Source: Gonapodya sp. JEL0774
Lineage: Eukaryota
Assembly: GCA_027604505.1 (NCBI GenBank)
Contig: JADIIX010000013.1
Location: forward strand, 1-64,000
Length of the DNA stretch: 64,000 nucleotides
Direction of reading: 5' to 3'
How positions within the stretch are numbered: position 1 is the stretch's first letter; each line of letters begins with the position of its first letter. A model generated the notes under the pieces. That model did no database searches. It saw only the letters and a program-made list of their open reading frames with translations, and was not told where the DNA came from. Shown here one piece after another: positions 1-12,793 of the stretch. The position numbers and the translations under genes are program-made.

Positions 1-3000
1 TCCTGGACAATGTCACTCTGAGCGATCTCTGCTGCAACAGGGGTTCTCAACTCAGTGGTTGAATGGGGTGGCACTGCAGCCAAGCGGGCAGGATCAGGAA
101 CATAACAGGTGGTCCAGGGTTGGTATCGCTGCATGCGACTAACATGGGTGCTGATGTGACTCAGCATGAAAAGGTTGTCGCTTTCCTTTTCAATAATTTG
201 ATATGGGCCAATCCACCTGGATATGAGCTTAGTACTCTCCCCTTTTCGATGAGATTCCTCGTAATAGACCATAACAAGCTGGTTTACTTCGAATGTGGCA
301 GTCACTGCTTTGACATCGTATTGGGCTTGGCGGATTTTCCTCTGGTTTCGAAGGTGAGTTCGAAGCCGATCATATGCTCGGGCAAGCTGATCAGTCACTG
401 CACTAAGCTCTGTGGCTCGCTTGCGCAGTGGTTTGGTAGTGCCAGGGAAAAGCAAGTCTGCAGGGAGTCTTGCATCACGCAGGTGTTGCAGGAAAAATGG
501 TGTGTCACCTAATGCCTGGTGCACATTAGTGCGGTACTCAAAGACGATGGGCTCAATTACAATGTCCCAGTTGGTGTGGTCCACATTGATGTAAGCCGTG
601 AGGGCATCGTTAAGGAAGCAGTGGGGCCACTCATTCAAGGAATTCCCCTCGGGGTGGTACGCTGCAGAAAAGGTATGCTCAAACCCACAGAGTTTGGACA
701 GAGCAATCATGACTTTGCTGGTGAAGTTGCTACCACAATCTGCGTGCAGGCGCAAGAAAACACCATGACGGCAGATCCAATGGCGGAATATGGCCTCTGC
801 AATAGTCGGTGCTGATTGATCTGGTATGGGGACACATTCAAGCCAACGATTGGCATGGTCGATCATGGTCAAAGCATAGACATTCTTTCAGGCTGTCATG
901 GGGAATGGCCCAATGATGTCTGCTGAAACAACTTCTCCAGGCACACATTCATCACTGGCAAATGCCTGTTGTTGGCCCTGGTTAGAAGGTTTGCACGGCT
1001 TGCGGCTCTGGCAAGTCGCACAAGCTGCCACCCAGCGACAAGCATCACGTGACATGCCTGGCCAAAAGAAACGCTCGCGAAGAGATTCCCACATCTTCGG
1101 AGTGCCAGCATGCGCAGCTGGAGAGTCCTCATGGTAAGCTCTCAGGAATTCCTCTTTACAGTTGCAAGGAACGCAAATGAGGTCCACTTTGATCCAGGTG
1201 TTGCCACGAAAGATCTGACTGTGCTGGACTAAGATGCCAGAAGGGTGGATTAAATGCAGGACAGCTTGCGCAAGGAGCCGTTTGGAAGCACCTGTTGGAG
1301 GTGTACCTGCCGACAAATGCTTAATAAGGGGCCCATCGGCAGGATCTGCCCGTTGGTCAGCAACAAACTGGAGCTGGAACTCGTGTGTGTCCAAGCTGAC
1401 AGTAGGGAGCTCAATCTGGCTTGGAGAGGGTGCAGCGTAAGAACTGGTGAGGACTTCAATGCTGCTTGATGAGAATGTGGCGTAAGAACACAGTGGTTGG
1501 TCCATTATGTCATGATTGTCTTCAATGAGTTGAGGCATCAGCAGAGCGAGAGTAGGTGCCAATGCCGGTGGTAAGTGCAGATCAGTGTCTGCAGGTGCTA
1601 GCTGCTCATGATGTGTGAGTGCGTCTGCATTGCGGTTCTTTGTCCGCGGACGGTAGCTGAGACGGAAGTTGAATTCTGCCAGTCGGAGCGCCCATCAAGT
1701 CAGGCGGCCAGGCTTTGAAGAGTCTTTGAGCCACTGCAAGGACTCATGGTCCGAGAGGACCTCAAATGGGGCACCGTAAAGGTAGGACTCGCATGACCAT
1801 AAGATGGCAAGGGCTTCCTGCGCACGGGTGTGTTACTCCGAATGGCATGTGAATAAATTCCCACAGGCCTTCAGGGGTGATAAACGCCGTCTTTGGGATG
1901 TCGTCTTCATGTATCTTGATGTTCCAATATCCCCATGTAACATCAAAGGAAGAGATGTACGATGCATTCTGCAGTGAGTTCAGGGCATCATCAATACGAG
2001 GAAGGGGGTACCGGTCTTTCTTTGTGATCTTGTTCAGCTTACGATAATCAACGCAGAAGCGGAGTTTGCCATCTTTCTTTGGTACCAGGACCACAGGCGC
2101 AGCCCAAGGACTATTAGAAGGACGGATGACTTCTTGATCCAGCATTTCCTTCACAGCTGCTGACATCTCAGGTCGTTCCCTGAAAGCAGCTCGGTGTGGT
2201 GGGACCGCAATAGGGGGGTGATCACCAGTATCAATACAGTGAGTGACACCATGAACGGTACCTGTTTTCTCTTTGTCAGAGAAGACATCTGAAAAGTGCT
2301 CATGAAGTGTACGTGACAGGAAACTTTGTTCTTGCACTGTCAGGTTGGCAGTTTTTGACAAATCAAGATCAGGGACAGGGTTGGCTGGTTGATATCGCAC
2401 ATTGGGGTCCTCCTTTTCAATGAGTTTCCTGATTTCAGCAGGATCTTTGGGAACGGGATTACCCTTCAGTGGTAGGTTCTTTTCTGTGTCAGCCAATTGC
2501 TTAGTAGCAGGCTTCTCAGATAAATCAAGGGTCATGAGATTGAAATCGGAATTTGTGTGGGGTTCACAAGTAGCAATTGGAGTTCCCTTAAGGAGGCGTA
2601 GAGGTGCCCCCGTCACATTGGTGACAAATACTTTGGACTTCCCCAGGGCCATTTCTGGTGATCCTTGTGCAGCGAGGGCACCAAGCTTAATGGATGTAAT
2701 AGGATGGGGCTTCAAAAAAACTGTGCCTGTCCACCTTCTTCTGGTGTTGATGTCACGGACATTGCACATTACGCCATGATAGCAGTCAATGGCAATATTT
2801 TCGTCAAGGATGAGATCAATGTCTCTTCGACGGACTTTGCCTGTCTTAATGCGGACTCGGGTCTTTGTGCCAAGTTTGTTGTTATCACCTTTGCAGGCAA
2901 TCCAACCCTCATCATAGTCAATTATGGCACGCCATAGGCATAGAAAGTCAACACCAAGTAGAATAGGATGAGGCAGGTGCTCAAGAGCAGCGAGTCGAAT

Positions 3001-3510
3001 GGGTCTTCTGACACCAGCGACTGTCACTGGGAGCAAGACCCGACCAAGTGGGGCAGTGATAGCACCATTACCAACAGTGATGGGTCGCATATTCCATGGC
3101 TCTAGGGGCATCATGGAAAAGTGTTGACGGTAGAAGTCACCACTTATGGCCGATAGGGCAGCACCTGAATCTTGGATGATATCCATTTCAGGGAGGGTAC
3201 CAATAGAACCACGCATTGTTGCAGCAATCCACACAGCAGCATAATCTGGTGCCTTGCCAGAGGCGTGAAGCTCTACTAAAATTCGGGAAATCTCTTTGTA
3301 TGACTGTGAGTAATCGACCCGACGCTTTCTTGGAGGAACAGGGAATGCCTCATGTGGTATATTGTCTTTAGCAAGGACATTAAGCTTAGGTGACAGGACT
3401 GGAGAGACAAAGTAGAACAGTGTGCGTGAGCTTGCTGTGAAAAGGGCCACATTGTAAATGGAACCATTGCAGCCACGGTCCAGTGGAGGGTTAGTTACGC
3501 CCTGCACCAC
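1..3510 (-). pseudogene. pol: pol of copy A: protease, truncated RT, RNase H remnant, integrase
   Basis: 582-aa ORF with IQDSGA and N-terminal RT motifs; integrase ORF 1562-888 with H..H..CATC, ending at TGA where copy B has CGA. Confidence 0.92.
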
Positions 3511-3800
3511 GCGGTGACTGCCTCAAGGCAATTCCCACAATGACACGCGCACTGATGTTGAGCCAAGGGTGTGAACCACTTAACAGTCATACAACCCAAG
3601 GGCTACTGACCACTAAAACTCTCGAACGAGGTGTAGTTCTGCGCCTACAGCACTCAGCAGGCGAGTGTTGCTGCCAGGGCCATGTCATTGGATTCTCGCC
3701 TATCACATTCTCCGTAATGCGAGTATGAGTCCGGAGGGGGTGCCACTGACGCCAGGGCAATCCTACACGCCCTAGCCGGGTTTTTGGGCTAGCCCACCAT

Positions 3801-3973
3801 CAGGCAATAGGGGACTCCCTCCACCCAACATTGCACACCATAAGCATCTTGGCGGTTTCACTCTGCAACTGAAGGCTGCACCAACGCAAGCCAACCGTCA
3901 GGCAATAGGGGACTCCCTCCACCTAACATTGCACACAAGAGCATCTTGGCGGTTTCACTCCGCAATCAAAGGC
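3801..3973. repeat. Local duplication (~75-bp unit, ~98-bp period) in the gag-pol spacer
   Basis: caggcaataggggactccctccacc...gcatcttggcggtttcactc starts at 3801 and 3899; copy B has a single unit near 8510-8590. Confidence 0.85.
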
Positions 3974-4092
3974 CGACCAATCCTGACTCTACGCATGGGT
4001 GAGCGTTGCCACCGCAGAGGTTGGACTCCATACTGACGTTATTCGGTTTTCCGGTTTATTTCCAATGTGTTACAGGTTAGCTAGTTAGTTCT

Positions 4093-6065
4093 CTAATTCT
4101 CACCATCGTAACTGTCATTAACAAAGGCATCATTGTCGTTCCACATCTCATCACCATAAGCTTCGTCTGGGGTTTGTCCCATTGTAAGTACGTACGTTTG
4201 CACGTCCACGATACGCTGGACCACCCCGCCCGCCACCACAGTTTGTGTCTTGGAAAGTGACATGGCGGCTGGGACGACTGGAAGGTGGTTGAGAGTTTCG
4301 GCGTTGAACCTCGTTCTCAACAGCAATGCGTGCATTCTCTGGCAGGATATAGTTGTGTCCAGCCACAAAGTTAGGTGGCAATTGATTGAAGTAGCGGACA
4401 AACAGGCGCACATTTGCTGCTGTTACCACAGGGGCTTTTGAGCATATTCTTGCCCAGTGGCCTTGCTCAAAGCAATTGGAGCAGACTTGGTTTGGTACAA
4501 TGGAGGTGGTTTCTCCTAATGGTGGCCCAGCAGCAGGTGGTGTCATGGCTAAAAGCGGCTGCTGTGGGGCTGGCTCCCTCTCAGTAGACCGCTATGGGTA
4601 TGGACGGTACATCTGGGCTGGGCGGAACATTGTGCCTTGGTAAGCACGAGATGCATTAACCAGGTTCCACCTCCCGCCAGAATACGTGCCAGCTGGAGCT
4701 GCTGCAGCTGCTTGCCGTGGTGTCACTACTATAGCCGGTGCCTGCACAACATTCAGTGATGTGCCAGGGGAGGTGTTCGCAAACTGCCAGTTACCCCAAG
4801 TAACTTTGCGAGTCTGGAAGTCGATAGTCGCCTGGTATAGGGCTTTCAAGGATGCCTCATTGGAGTCTAGCTTACCGAGCTCATTAAAGAGTTCTGGGAT
4901 TGAAAGTTGAAAGCCACGGACATAGTGCTGTCTCAATTTCCGGACAATGGTGCTTTGGTTGTTGCTCTCCTGGAGCTCTCTATTGATTTGCAGATCAACA
5001 GAGCACAGCTCGTGTATGAGGCTTTTAAAACGGTTTATGACAGCAGTCGCCCCTTCTTCAGCCTGGGCTGAGAATCCCTCAATCTTGGACCAGCACATGG
5101 AGAGATTTTGCCAGTCATCGCCAGCGGCAGAGAGGATGGCCTGGCGGATGTCAACCCATGACGTCATGGAAGTGAGAAGTCTCTCAATGGCTGAGGCAAT
5201 TTGTTAACCTCGAAGGCCAGATCCACGAAGTGCCTCAGCGGCACGCAGGGCGGCAACTTGTGGCGTCTCTTGGTTTGCATGGTAAACATTCTCAGCATGC
5301 TGAACCCAGGAAGCAACTGGCTCATTCTCCCCCAAGGAGCGAAACTTGATGGGATTGCCCATGATCACCTGTGGTGCTGGTAGCTGCGGTGCAGGCGGAT
5401 TTGGTGTCGCTATTGGAGTCAGTGCCCCAGGGGGTGGTACAAGAGGTTGATAGAACCATTGTGGGAATGCAGGAAAAGGTGCTCCCATTGGTGGGTTCTG
5501 AGTTCCACTGGGGATGTATGGATATGGGTTTGGCCAGGGGAACATTGAGCTTGGTGCAACCCAATTAGGAGGCTGTTGTGGCCAAAAGGGAACAGCAGGA
5601 GGCTGTGGAGGGAATGTGGACAGGGGAACCACAGGTGCTGGTTGTGCTTCCCCAGCATTTGGGAAGGCTGTCAGTGCAGCTACTTGTGGCAATGATGCTG
5701 GTTGTAGAGGAGCAGCAAATGCCCAATGGTACAGTGGTCAGTACACCAGTCGTTGCTGGTGCCACCACTCCAAGGGCAGGTGCCGATACATTGGGGGTCA
5801 GGGCTGTAGTAGCAGCAAAAGCGGCTGCATGGGACGCTGTGGTCTGGGTAGTAGCAGTCGTTGCTGCTGGACCAGGGAGGACAGAAGTTAAAGCTGCAGA
5901 AACAGTGGCCTGTGTGACTGCAAGGAGAGCAGTCAGGGGTGGTGGGACTGCAAAGGCGGCTGCAACCCCACGGGTAGACTCGATCGAGGAATTCCGGCCG
6001 CTCAAATTGGAAAATCTCCGCGTCAATCTTTTGTCCAGGTTTGTACTTTTGCACAGCAGGCGCAA
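4093..6065 (-). pseudogene. gag: gag of copy A with in-frame stops and frameshifts
   Basis: ORFs 5692-5204, 5167-4592 and 4546-4151 share one frame broken by single TAA and TAG codons; Pro-rich region, helical capsid-like region, CCHC knuckle. Confidence 0.8.
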
Positions 6066-6777
6066 GAGGTGTCACCGATTGCGGGATTAAAACGTCTGAG
6101 TATGTAGTAAAACAGTGTGAGAAGCACTCCCACGTGTTTGGGTGTTTGTTGAGTTTGTAAGAGGGGTTCTCGAGAGGGACAAATTGCAAAACCGTGTAGG
6201 TGGTACTCCAGGCAATGGTACTTTCAGTGAAGCACTCTGGGGTCCTAACAGGGTGGGGGCGAAGGTGCCAAGGAACAATAATGTCAATACTGGCTGGAAG
6301 GAGTTTACAGTCAACTGTGATTCCTTTGAGTGGTGCGTCGTAGAAGTCACAACGTGTGCAAGTATCCTCAATTGGTAAGCGGAGGTTGGTAGGCGTGTAC
6401 TGATGGAGGTGATCACGAGAGTACACAATGGTGCGAGTATGTGCAGCACCAATGTAATTGCCGTAGACGAGAGGTTGGGGTGTGTCAACTACAGAAAATG
6501 GGATGCGGGCAAGAGAAGACTGTCTTGCAAAACGTTGGTTCAAAGGGTCAAGGCCCTGGGTGATGAGATTGTAAACGTCTTTTGCAATGAAGGTGTCTTC
6601 TGGATATGATGGGGACGACGCGCACCACACTGCATAAGCTGTGTAGAGGTTGCTGTGCACGAGGTCCAAAAAAGCAATATATGCGGTGTGGGGTCGGTTG
6701 TATGGGGTTTGTCCGTTGTAAGGCCTCATACAAGGTAAGGTGACGGGAAAGGTGCTCGGTGCGATGTGGGTTGCCAC
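5680..6777 (-). CDS. Extra ORF of unknown function between the 5' leader and gag of copy A
   Basis: 365-aa open frame; its Cys-rich tail overlaps the Ala/Thr-rich gag-like frame and may be alternate-frame sequence. Confidence 0.45.
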   Translation of the reverse strand: MATHIAPSTFPVTLPCMRPYNGQTPYNRPHTAYIAFLDLVHSNLYTAYAVWCASSPSYPEDTFIAKDVYNLITQGLDPLNQRFARQSSLARIPFSVVDTPQPLVYGNYIGAAHTRTIVYSRDHLHQYTPTNLRLPIEDTCTRCDFYDAPLKGITVDCKLLPASIDIIVPWHLRPHPVRTPECFTESTIAWSTTYTVLQFVPLENPSYKLNKHPNTWECFSHCFTTYSDVLIPQSVTPLAPAVQKYKPGQKIDAEIFQFERPEFLDRVYPWGCSRLCSPTTPDCSPCSHTGHCFCSFNFCPPWSSSNDCYYPDHSVPCSRFCCYYSPDPQCIGTCPWSGGTSNDWCTDHCTIGHLLLLYNQHHCHK

Positions 6778-7596
6778 TGAGGTGGAAAGTGAGATCAGAG
6801 GTGCGTCTCACACAGGACGCAGTGGTGAAGGGAGGGAAGCTGCACACACGTTGTTTGATTGGGAAAAGAGTGGGAACAAGGTTCACGCTCAGTGGCGTAT
6901 AGAACCTGTTCGTTGAAGGTACGAGATTGGGGGACGCTCAGTGGCGTTGCAAGGTACGAGGTTGGAGAACGCTTAGTAGCGTCAAAGTCGAAGAAAGCGA
7001 AGTGCTTCGGGTTCAGTGACCCTAACGCTATTGTGATTCAGTGATCACAAAAATAAAGGTGATGCACCTCAGGGGGTGAGAGGTGTTGGCTCAGTGTCCT
7101 AACCCCCGTGACTGTGATCAAGATTCCGAGAACTGGCTTGTTAACCAGATCGTAATACTTGATTGGATTAGTTCACTGCAAGCAGCGAACTTGACTTATC
7201 CGTGGTCGTGAAGTCGAAAACGCGTCCGCGTGAACTGTTGTGGCGGTTTCGATGGGTGTCGGGTGTCGGAAGTGACAACACTGGCAAATGGGACAGAAAG
7301 AGGGGAAATGAAAAGATAGATAGAGAGGGGGGTTTAGTGCGTGGTTTCGACGTCAGTTGCTGCGTCGATAATGAGTTTCGGGGGGTGGGTCGCAGGGACA
7401 GAAAAACTGCGACTCGGGACAAAATTGTCCGAGAGGCCAAAAATGAGGGCAAATGATAGAAAAAGATAAAAGGAAGTCCATGGGAAACGAGCTGATGGAG
7501 GTGTTTCGCGATGTATTCCGATCAGGCGATCAGATGGGGAGGACAGGGATGATCGGGAAGACAGACGCAACCAGCAGCAAATGGAGGCAGATCAAC

Positions 7597-7613
7597 CGAG
7601 TAGCGGGGCACCA
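7597..7613 (-). promoter_or_regulatory. Putative tRNA primer-binding site
   Basis: TGGTGCCCCGCTACTCG begins 2 nt inside the 5' LTR; TGG is complementary to the tRNA CCA end; cognate tRNA not determined. Confidence 0.75.
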
Positions 7614-7615
7614 AA

Positions 7616-7768
7616 TGTGGAATGACGGGTTGTGGGACGAGAATCAGGGTCCCGAGTGTATATGTATTCTGTGTGTCCAGTCCCGTCGGACTGCTATGTG
7701 AGCGCGTCATACAAAAATATATCTACACTACACTACGTCCCGCGCGTCAACTCAGTGGTCATACAACA
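7616..7768 (-). repeat. 5' LTR of copy A (~153 bp, TG...CA)
   Basis: Minus strand reads TGTTGTATGACC...CCGTCATTCCACA and aligns with 12643-12793. Confidence 0.92.
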
Positions 7769-10700
7769 GCAGGCACCTGCAATTGTGGTGACTCCAAGGC
7801 AAGCTGCAGCTCCTGCGCCTGCTGGCTCTTATTCCAGTGGGAGGTGGAACCCAGTCAATTCATCTCTTGCCAACCAAGGCACAATTTACTGCCTGTATCC
7901 TCAGCGATTTGCTGACAGTAGCCACCACCCCCACCACAGCCTCTCTTGGCAATGGCATCACCTGTTGCTGGCCCTCCATTGGGTCAAACCTCATCTGTTG
8001 TACCCAACCACATTTTGCTCTAACTGTTTTGAGCAAGGCCACTGGGCCTGATTCTGCTCCACCGCTCCAGTGGCAGCATATTCTGATGTTCACCAGTACA
8101 TTCGTTACTTTAATCAGCTGCCTCCAAACTTTGTTGCTGGCAGCAACTACGTCTTACCAGTGAGTGCCCAAATGGATGTTGCTAATGTGGCATGGCAGCA
8201 TCCTTCTCGACCACCTGCCAGTTGCCCTGGTTGTTGTGTCACTTTTCAATATGCAAACCGTGGTGGTGGGCATGGTGGAGCAGCCTTTCGTGGACGTGCA
8301 AACCTTCTTAATATGGGACAAGCCCCAGGTGAAGCTTTTGGCGATGAGACATTGAACGATGATGCTTACAATGAGAACAAGACCTTTGTTGAAGATGCTA
8401 GCTAGCTAACCTGTAACACATTGGAAATCAACCAGAAAACTAAATAACATCCGTATGGAGTCCAACCTGTGTGGTGGCAATGCTCACCCACGCGTAGAGT
8501 CAGGATTGGTTGGCCTTCTGTTGGGAAGTGAAACCGCTGAAGCGCCCCTTGTGTGAAATTTTGGGTGGATGTGATCCCCTATTGCCTGACAGGTGGCTGG
8601 CCCAAAGACCCGGGTAGGTTGTGTAGGATTGGCCTGGTGTCAGTGGCACCGCCCCCAGACTCATACTCGTGTTGCGGAGAATGTGATAGGCAAGAGTCCA
8701 GCAACACGGCCCTGGCAACATCGTTCACCAGCTAAGTGCTGTAGGCACAGAACTACACCTTGTTCGAGAGTTTTACTGGTCTGTAGCCCTTGGGTTGTAC
8801 GACTGTTAAGCGGTTCACACCCTTGGCTCAACATCAGTCTGCATGTTGTTGTGGGAATTGCTTTGAGGCAGTCACTGCCTGGTGAAGGACGTAATTAACC
8901 CTGGACCCTGGCTGCAATGGTTCCTTTTCCAATGTGGCCCCTTTCACAGCAAGCTTACCCACGCTGTGTTCCTTCATCTCTCCAGTCTTGTCACCAAACC
9001 TTAACATCCTTACATCTAATGACAATATACCGCATGCAGCATTTCCTGTTCCTCCAAGAAAGCGTTGGGTTTTACTCACAGTCGAACAAAGAGATTACCC
9101 AAATGTTAGTGGAACTTCACGCCTCTGGCAAGGCACTAGATCATGCTACTGTGTGGATTGCTGCAACAATGCGTGGTTCTGTTGGAACCCTCCCTGAAAT
9201 GGATATCATCCAAGACTCAGTGTTGCCCTATCTGTCATAAGTGGTGACTTCTATCGTCAACACTTTTCCATGATGCCCCTAGAGCCATGGAATATGCAAC
9301 CTATCACTGCCCCACTTGGCTGGGTTTTGCTCCCTGTGACAGTCGCTGGTGTCAGAAGATGCATTCAACTCGCCGTTATTGAGCATATGCCTCATCCTAT
9401 TCTACTTGGTGTTGACTTTCTATGCCTATGGTGTGCTGTAATCAACAATGATGCTGGTTGGATGGCCTGCAAAGATGATGACGACAAACTCGGCAAAAAG
9501 ACCCAAGTCCGTCGAAGAGACATTCATCTCATTCTCGACGAAAATGTTACCATTGATGGTTATCATAGTGTAATGTGCAATGTCCATGACATAGAAAGTG
9601 GACAGGCACAGTTTTTGTGAAGCCGCATCCTAATATGTCCATTAAGCTTGGTGCCCTTGCTGCACAAGGAACACCTGAAATGGCCCTGGGGAAGTCCAAA
9701 GTGTTTGTCACTGACATGACAGGTGCGCCTCTACACCTCCTTAAGGGAACTCCAATCGCTACGTGTGAAGCACACACAAACTCCGATTTTAATCTCATGA
9801 CCCTTGATTTATCTGAGAAGCCTGCTACTAAGTTTTTGGGCTGATACCGAAACCAAACCACCACCTAAACGCAGTCCCGTTCCCACAGATCCCGCTGAAA
9901 TCAGGAACCTCATGGACAAGGAGGACCCCGATTTGCCTTATCAACCATCCAACCTCATCCCTGATCTTGATGTGTTAAAGACTGCCAACGTGACAGTGCA
10001 ACAACAAAGTTACCTGTGCAGTACACTCCATGAGCACTTTTCAGACGTCCTCTATGACAAAGAGAAAACGGGTACCGGTCCTGGTGTCACTCACCGCATT
10101 GATATTGGTGATCATCCCCCTATTGCTGTCCCACCGCACCGAGCTGCTTTCAGGGAACGACATGAGATGTCAGCAGCTGTGAAGGAAATGCTGGTTCAAG
10201 AAGTGATCCATCCTTCTACTAGTCTGTGGGCTGCATCTGTGGTCCTGGTGCCAAAGAAAGATGGCAAACTCTGCTTCTGCGTTGATTATCGCAAGCTGAA
10301 CAAAGATCACAAAGAAAGACCAGTACCCCCTTCCCTGTATTGATGATGCCCTGAACTCACTACAGAATGCATCGTACATGTCTTCCGTGACGTTACATGG
10401 GGATATTGGAACATCAAGATCCATGAAGACGACATCCCAAAGACGGCGTTTATCACCCCTGAGGGCCTGTGGGAATTTATTCGCATGCCATTCAGAGTAA
10501 CACACCCGTGCGCAAGAAGCTCTTGCCATCTTATGGTCATGTGAGTCCTTCTGCTCCTATCTTTATGTTGCACCATTTGAGGTCCTCTCAGACCATGAGT
10601 CCTTGCAGTGGCTCAAAGATTCTTCAAAGCCTGGCTGCCAGACTTGATGGGCACTGCGACTGGCAGAATTCAACTTCCGTCTGAGCTACCGTCTGCTGAC

Positions 10701-12630
10701 AAAGAACCACAATGCAGACATCCTCACACATCATGAGCAGCCAGCACCTGCAGACATTGATCTGCATTTGCCACCAGTGTTGGCACCTACCCTTGCTCTG
10801 CTAATGCCCGAACTCATTGAGGACAATGACAATGAGATGGACGAACCACTGAGTTCTTCTGCCACATGCTCGCCAAACAGTATTGAACTCCTCATCAGTT
10901 CTTACGCTGCACCTCTCCAAGCCAGATTGAGCTCCCTACTGTCAGTTTGGACACACAGGAGTTCCAGCTCCAGTTTGCTGCTGACCAAAGAGCATATCCT
11001 GCCTATGGGCCCCTTATCAAGTATTTGTCAGCAGGTACACCTCCAATAGATGCTTCCAAACGGCTCCTTGTGCAAGCCGCCCTGCATTCAATCAACCCTT
11101 CTGGCATCTTAGTCCAGCACAGTGAGATCTTTTGTGGTAACACCTGGAGCAAAGTGGCCCTCATTTGTGTTCCTTGCAACTGTAAAGAGGAATTCCTGAG
11201 AGCTTACTATGAGGACCCTCTAGCTGCGCGTGCTGGCACTCCGAAGATGTGGGAATCTCTTTCCAATTGTTTCTTTTGGCCAAGCATGTCACATGACATT
11301 CGTCGCTGGGTGGCAGCTTGTGTAACTTGCCAGAGCCGCAAACCATCCAAACCTTCTAACCAAGGCCACCAAGAGGCATTCGCCACTGATGAGTGCCAGC
11401 CTGGAGAAGTTGTCTCAGCAGACATGATAGGGCCATTCCCCATGACCGCCCGAAAGAATGACTATGCTTTGACAATGATCAACCATGCTAATTGTTGGCT
11501 TGAAGTGTCCCCATACCAGATCCATCTGCACCAACTGTTGCAGAGGCCATCTTCTGCCATTGGATCTGCCATCATGGTGTCTTCTTGCTCATGCACACAG
11601 ATTGTGGTAGCAACTTCACCAGCAAAGTGATGATTGCTCTGTGCAAACTCTGTGGGTTTGAGCATACCTTTTCTGCAGCGCACCACCCCGACGGTAATTC
11701 CTTGAATGAGCGGCCTCACCCCTTCCTTAGCAATGCCCTCACAGCTTACATAAATGTGGACCACACCAACTGGGATATTGTAATTGAGCCCATCGTCTTT
11801 GCGTACCACACTACTGTGCACCGGCCATTAGGTGATACGCCATTTTTTCTGCAACACCTGCATGATGCAAGGCTCCCTGCAGACTTGCTCTTCCCTGGCA
11901 CTACTAAGCCACAGAGCTTAGTGCAGTGACTGATCAGCTTCAAACTCACCTTCAAAACCAGAGGAATATCCACCAAGCCCAATACGATGTCAAAGCAGTG
12001 ACTGCCCTGTTTGAAGTAAACCAGCTTGTTACGGTCTACTACAAGGAATCTCATCGTAAAGGGGAGAGTACTAAGCTCATCTCCAGGTGGATTGGCCCAT
12101 ATCGCATCATTGAAAAGGAAAGCAAGAACCTTTTCAGGCTGAGTCACATCAGCAAAGAGCATGTTAGTCGCATGCGGCGATACCAACCCTGGACCACCTG
12201 TTATGTTCCTGATCCTGCTCGCATGGCTGCAGTACCACCTTCAACCACTGAGTTGAAAACCTCTGTTCCAGCAGAGATTGCTCAAAGTGACATTGTCCAG
12301 GAGGAGCTCGGTCCTGACGTCCAACCAACTTATGTAGTAGAGGATATCCTAGACAAAAGGGTAGAGCCAGACACCCAGAACGCACTTGTCAAGTTCCGTG
12401 GCTATTTCACACCAGAGTGGCAACCCAAAAGCCTCATCTCTGCTGATGACCTTGCTGACGCCTACAACGCAAACACCCATCAGCCAATGGGAAGATCCTT
12501 ACATGCTGTGCACGCAAGAAAAGTTTTGCGCAATGTCGCAAACTCTTGCAAGCACAAGGGCTTCTGGAGAAATGACTGGCCACCACTCTGCAAACTGACA
12601 CATTTAGCTTGAGTGGAGCGAGCTTTAACA

Positions 12631-12642
12631 AGCCAGGGGGAG
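12631..12642 (+). promoter_or_regulatory. Polypurine tract
   Basis: AGCCAGGGGGAG directly before the TG of the 3' LTR. Confidence 0.75.
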
Positions 12643-12793
12643 TGTTGTATGACCACTGGGTTGATATGCGGGACATAGTATAGTGTACTATATCTTTATA
12701 TGACGCGCTCACATAGCAGTCTGACGGGACCAGACACACAGAATACATATACACTTGGGACCCTGATCTTGTCCCACACCCCGTCATTTCACA
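12643..12793 (+). repeat. 3' LTR of copy B (~151 bp)
   Basis: TGTTGTATGACC...CCGTCATTTCACA; matches the LTR at 7616-7768. Confidence 0.92.

Larger units (their letters stand above)
1..7768 (-). mobile_element. Ty3/gypsy (chromovirus-type) LTR retrotransposon, copy A, decayed; 3' end runs off the left edge
   Basis: 5' LTR 7768-7616, PBS, gag with CCHC knuckle (CSNCFEQGHWARIC), protease DSG motif, RT motifs (SPWAAPVVLVPKKDGKLRFCVDYRKLN, YPLPRID, KTAFITPEGLWEF), integrase HHCC; order PR-RT-RH-IN. Confidence 0.95.
7769..12793 (+). mobile_element. Ty3/gypsy chromovirus copy B, same family, more heavily frameshifted; gag 3' part through 3' LTR
   Basis: Homologous to copy A in reverse orientation (QAPAIVVTPRQAA, MDIIQDS, KKDGKLCFCVDYRKLN, WVAACVTCQ); GPY motif SRWIGPYRII; chromodomain YVVEDILDKR...LVKFRGY...EWQP at ~12330-12430. 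Confidence 0.95.

Noticed and set aside
5204..5206. Programmed stop read-through in gag (also at 4592)
   Set aside because: TAA and TAG are more simply C-to-T decay of CAA/CAG in a mutated element
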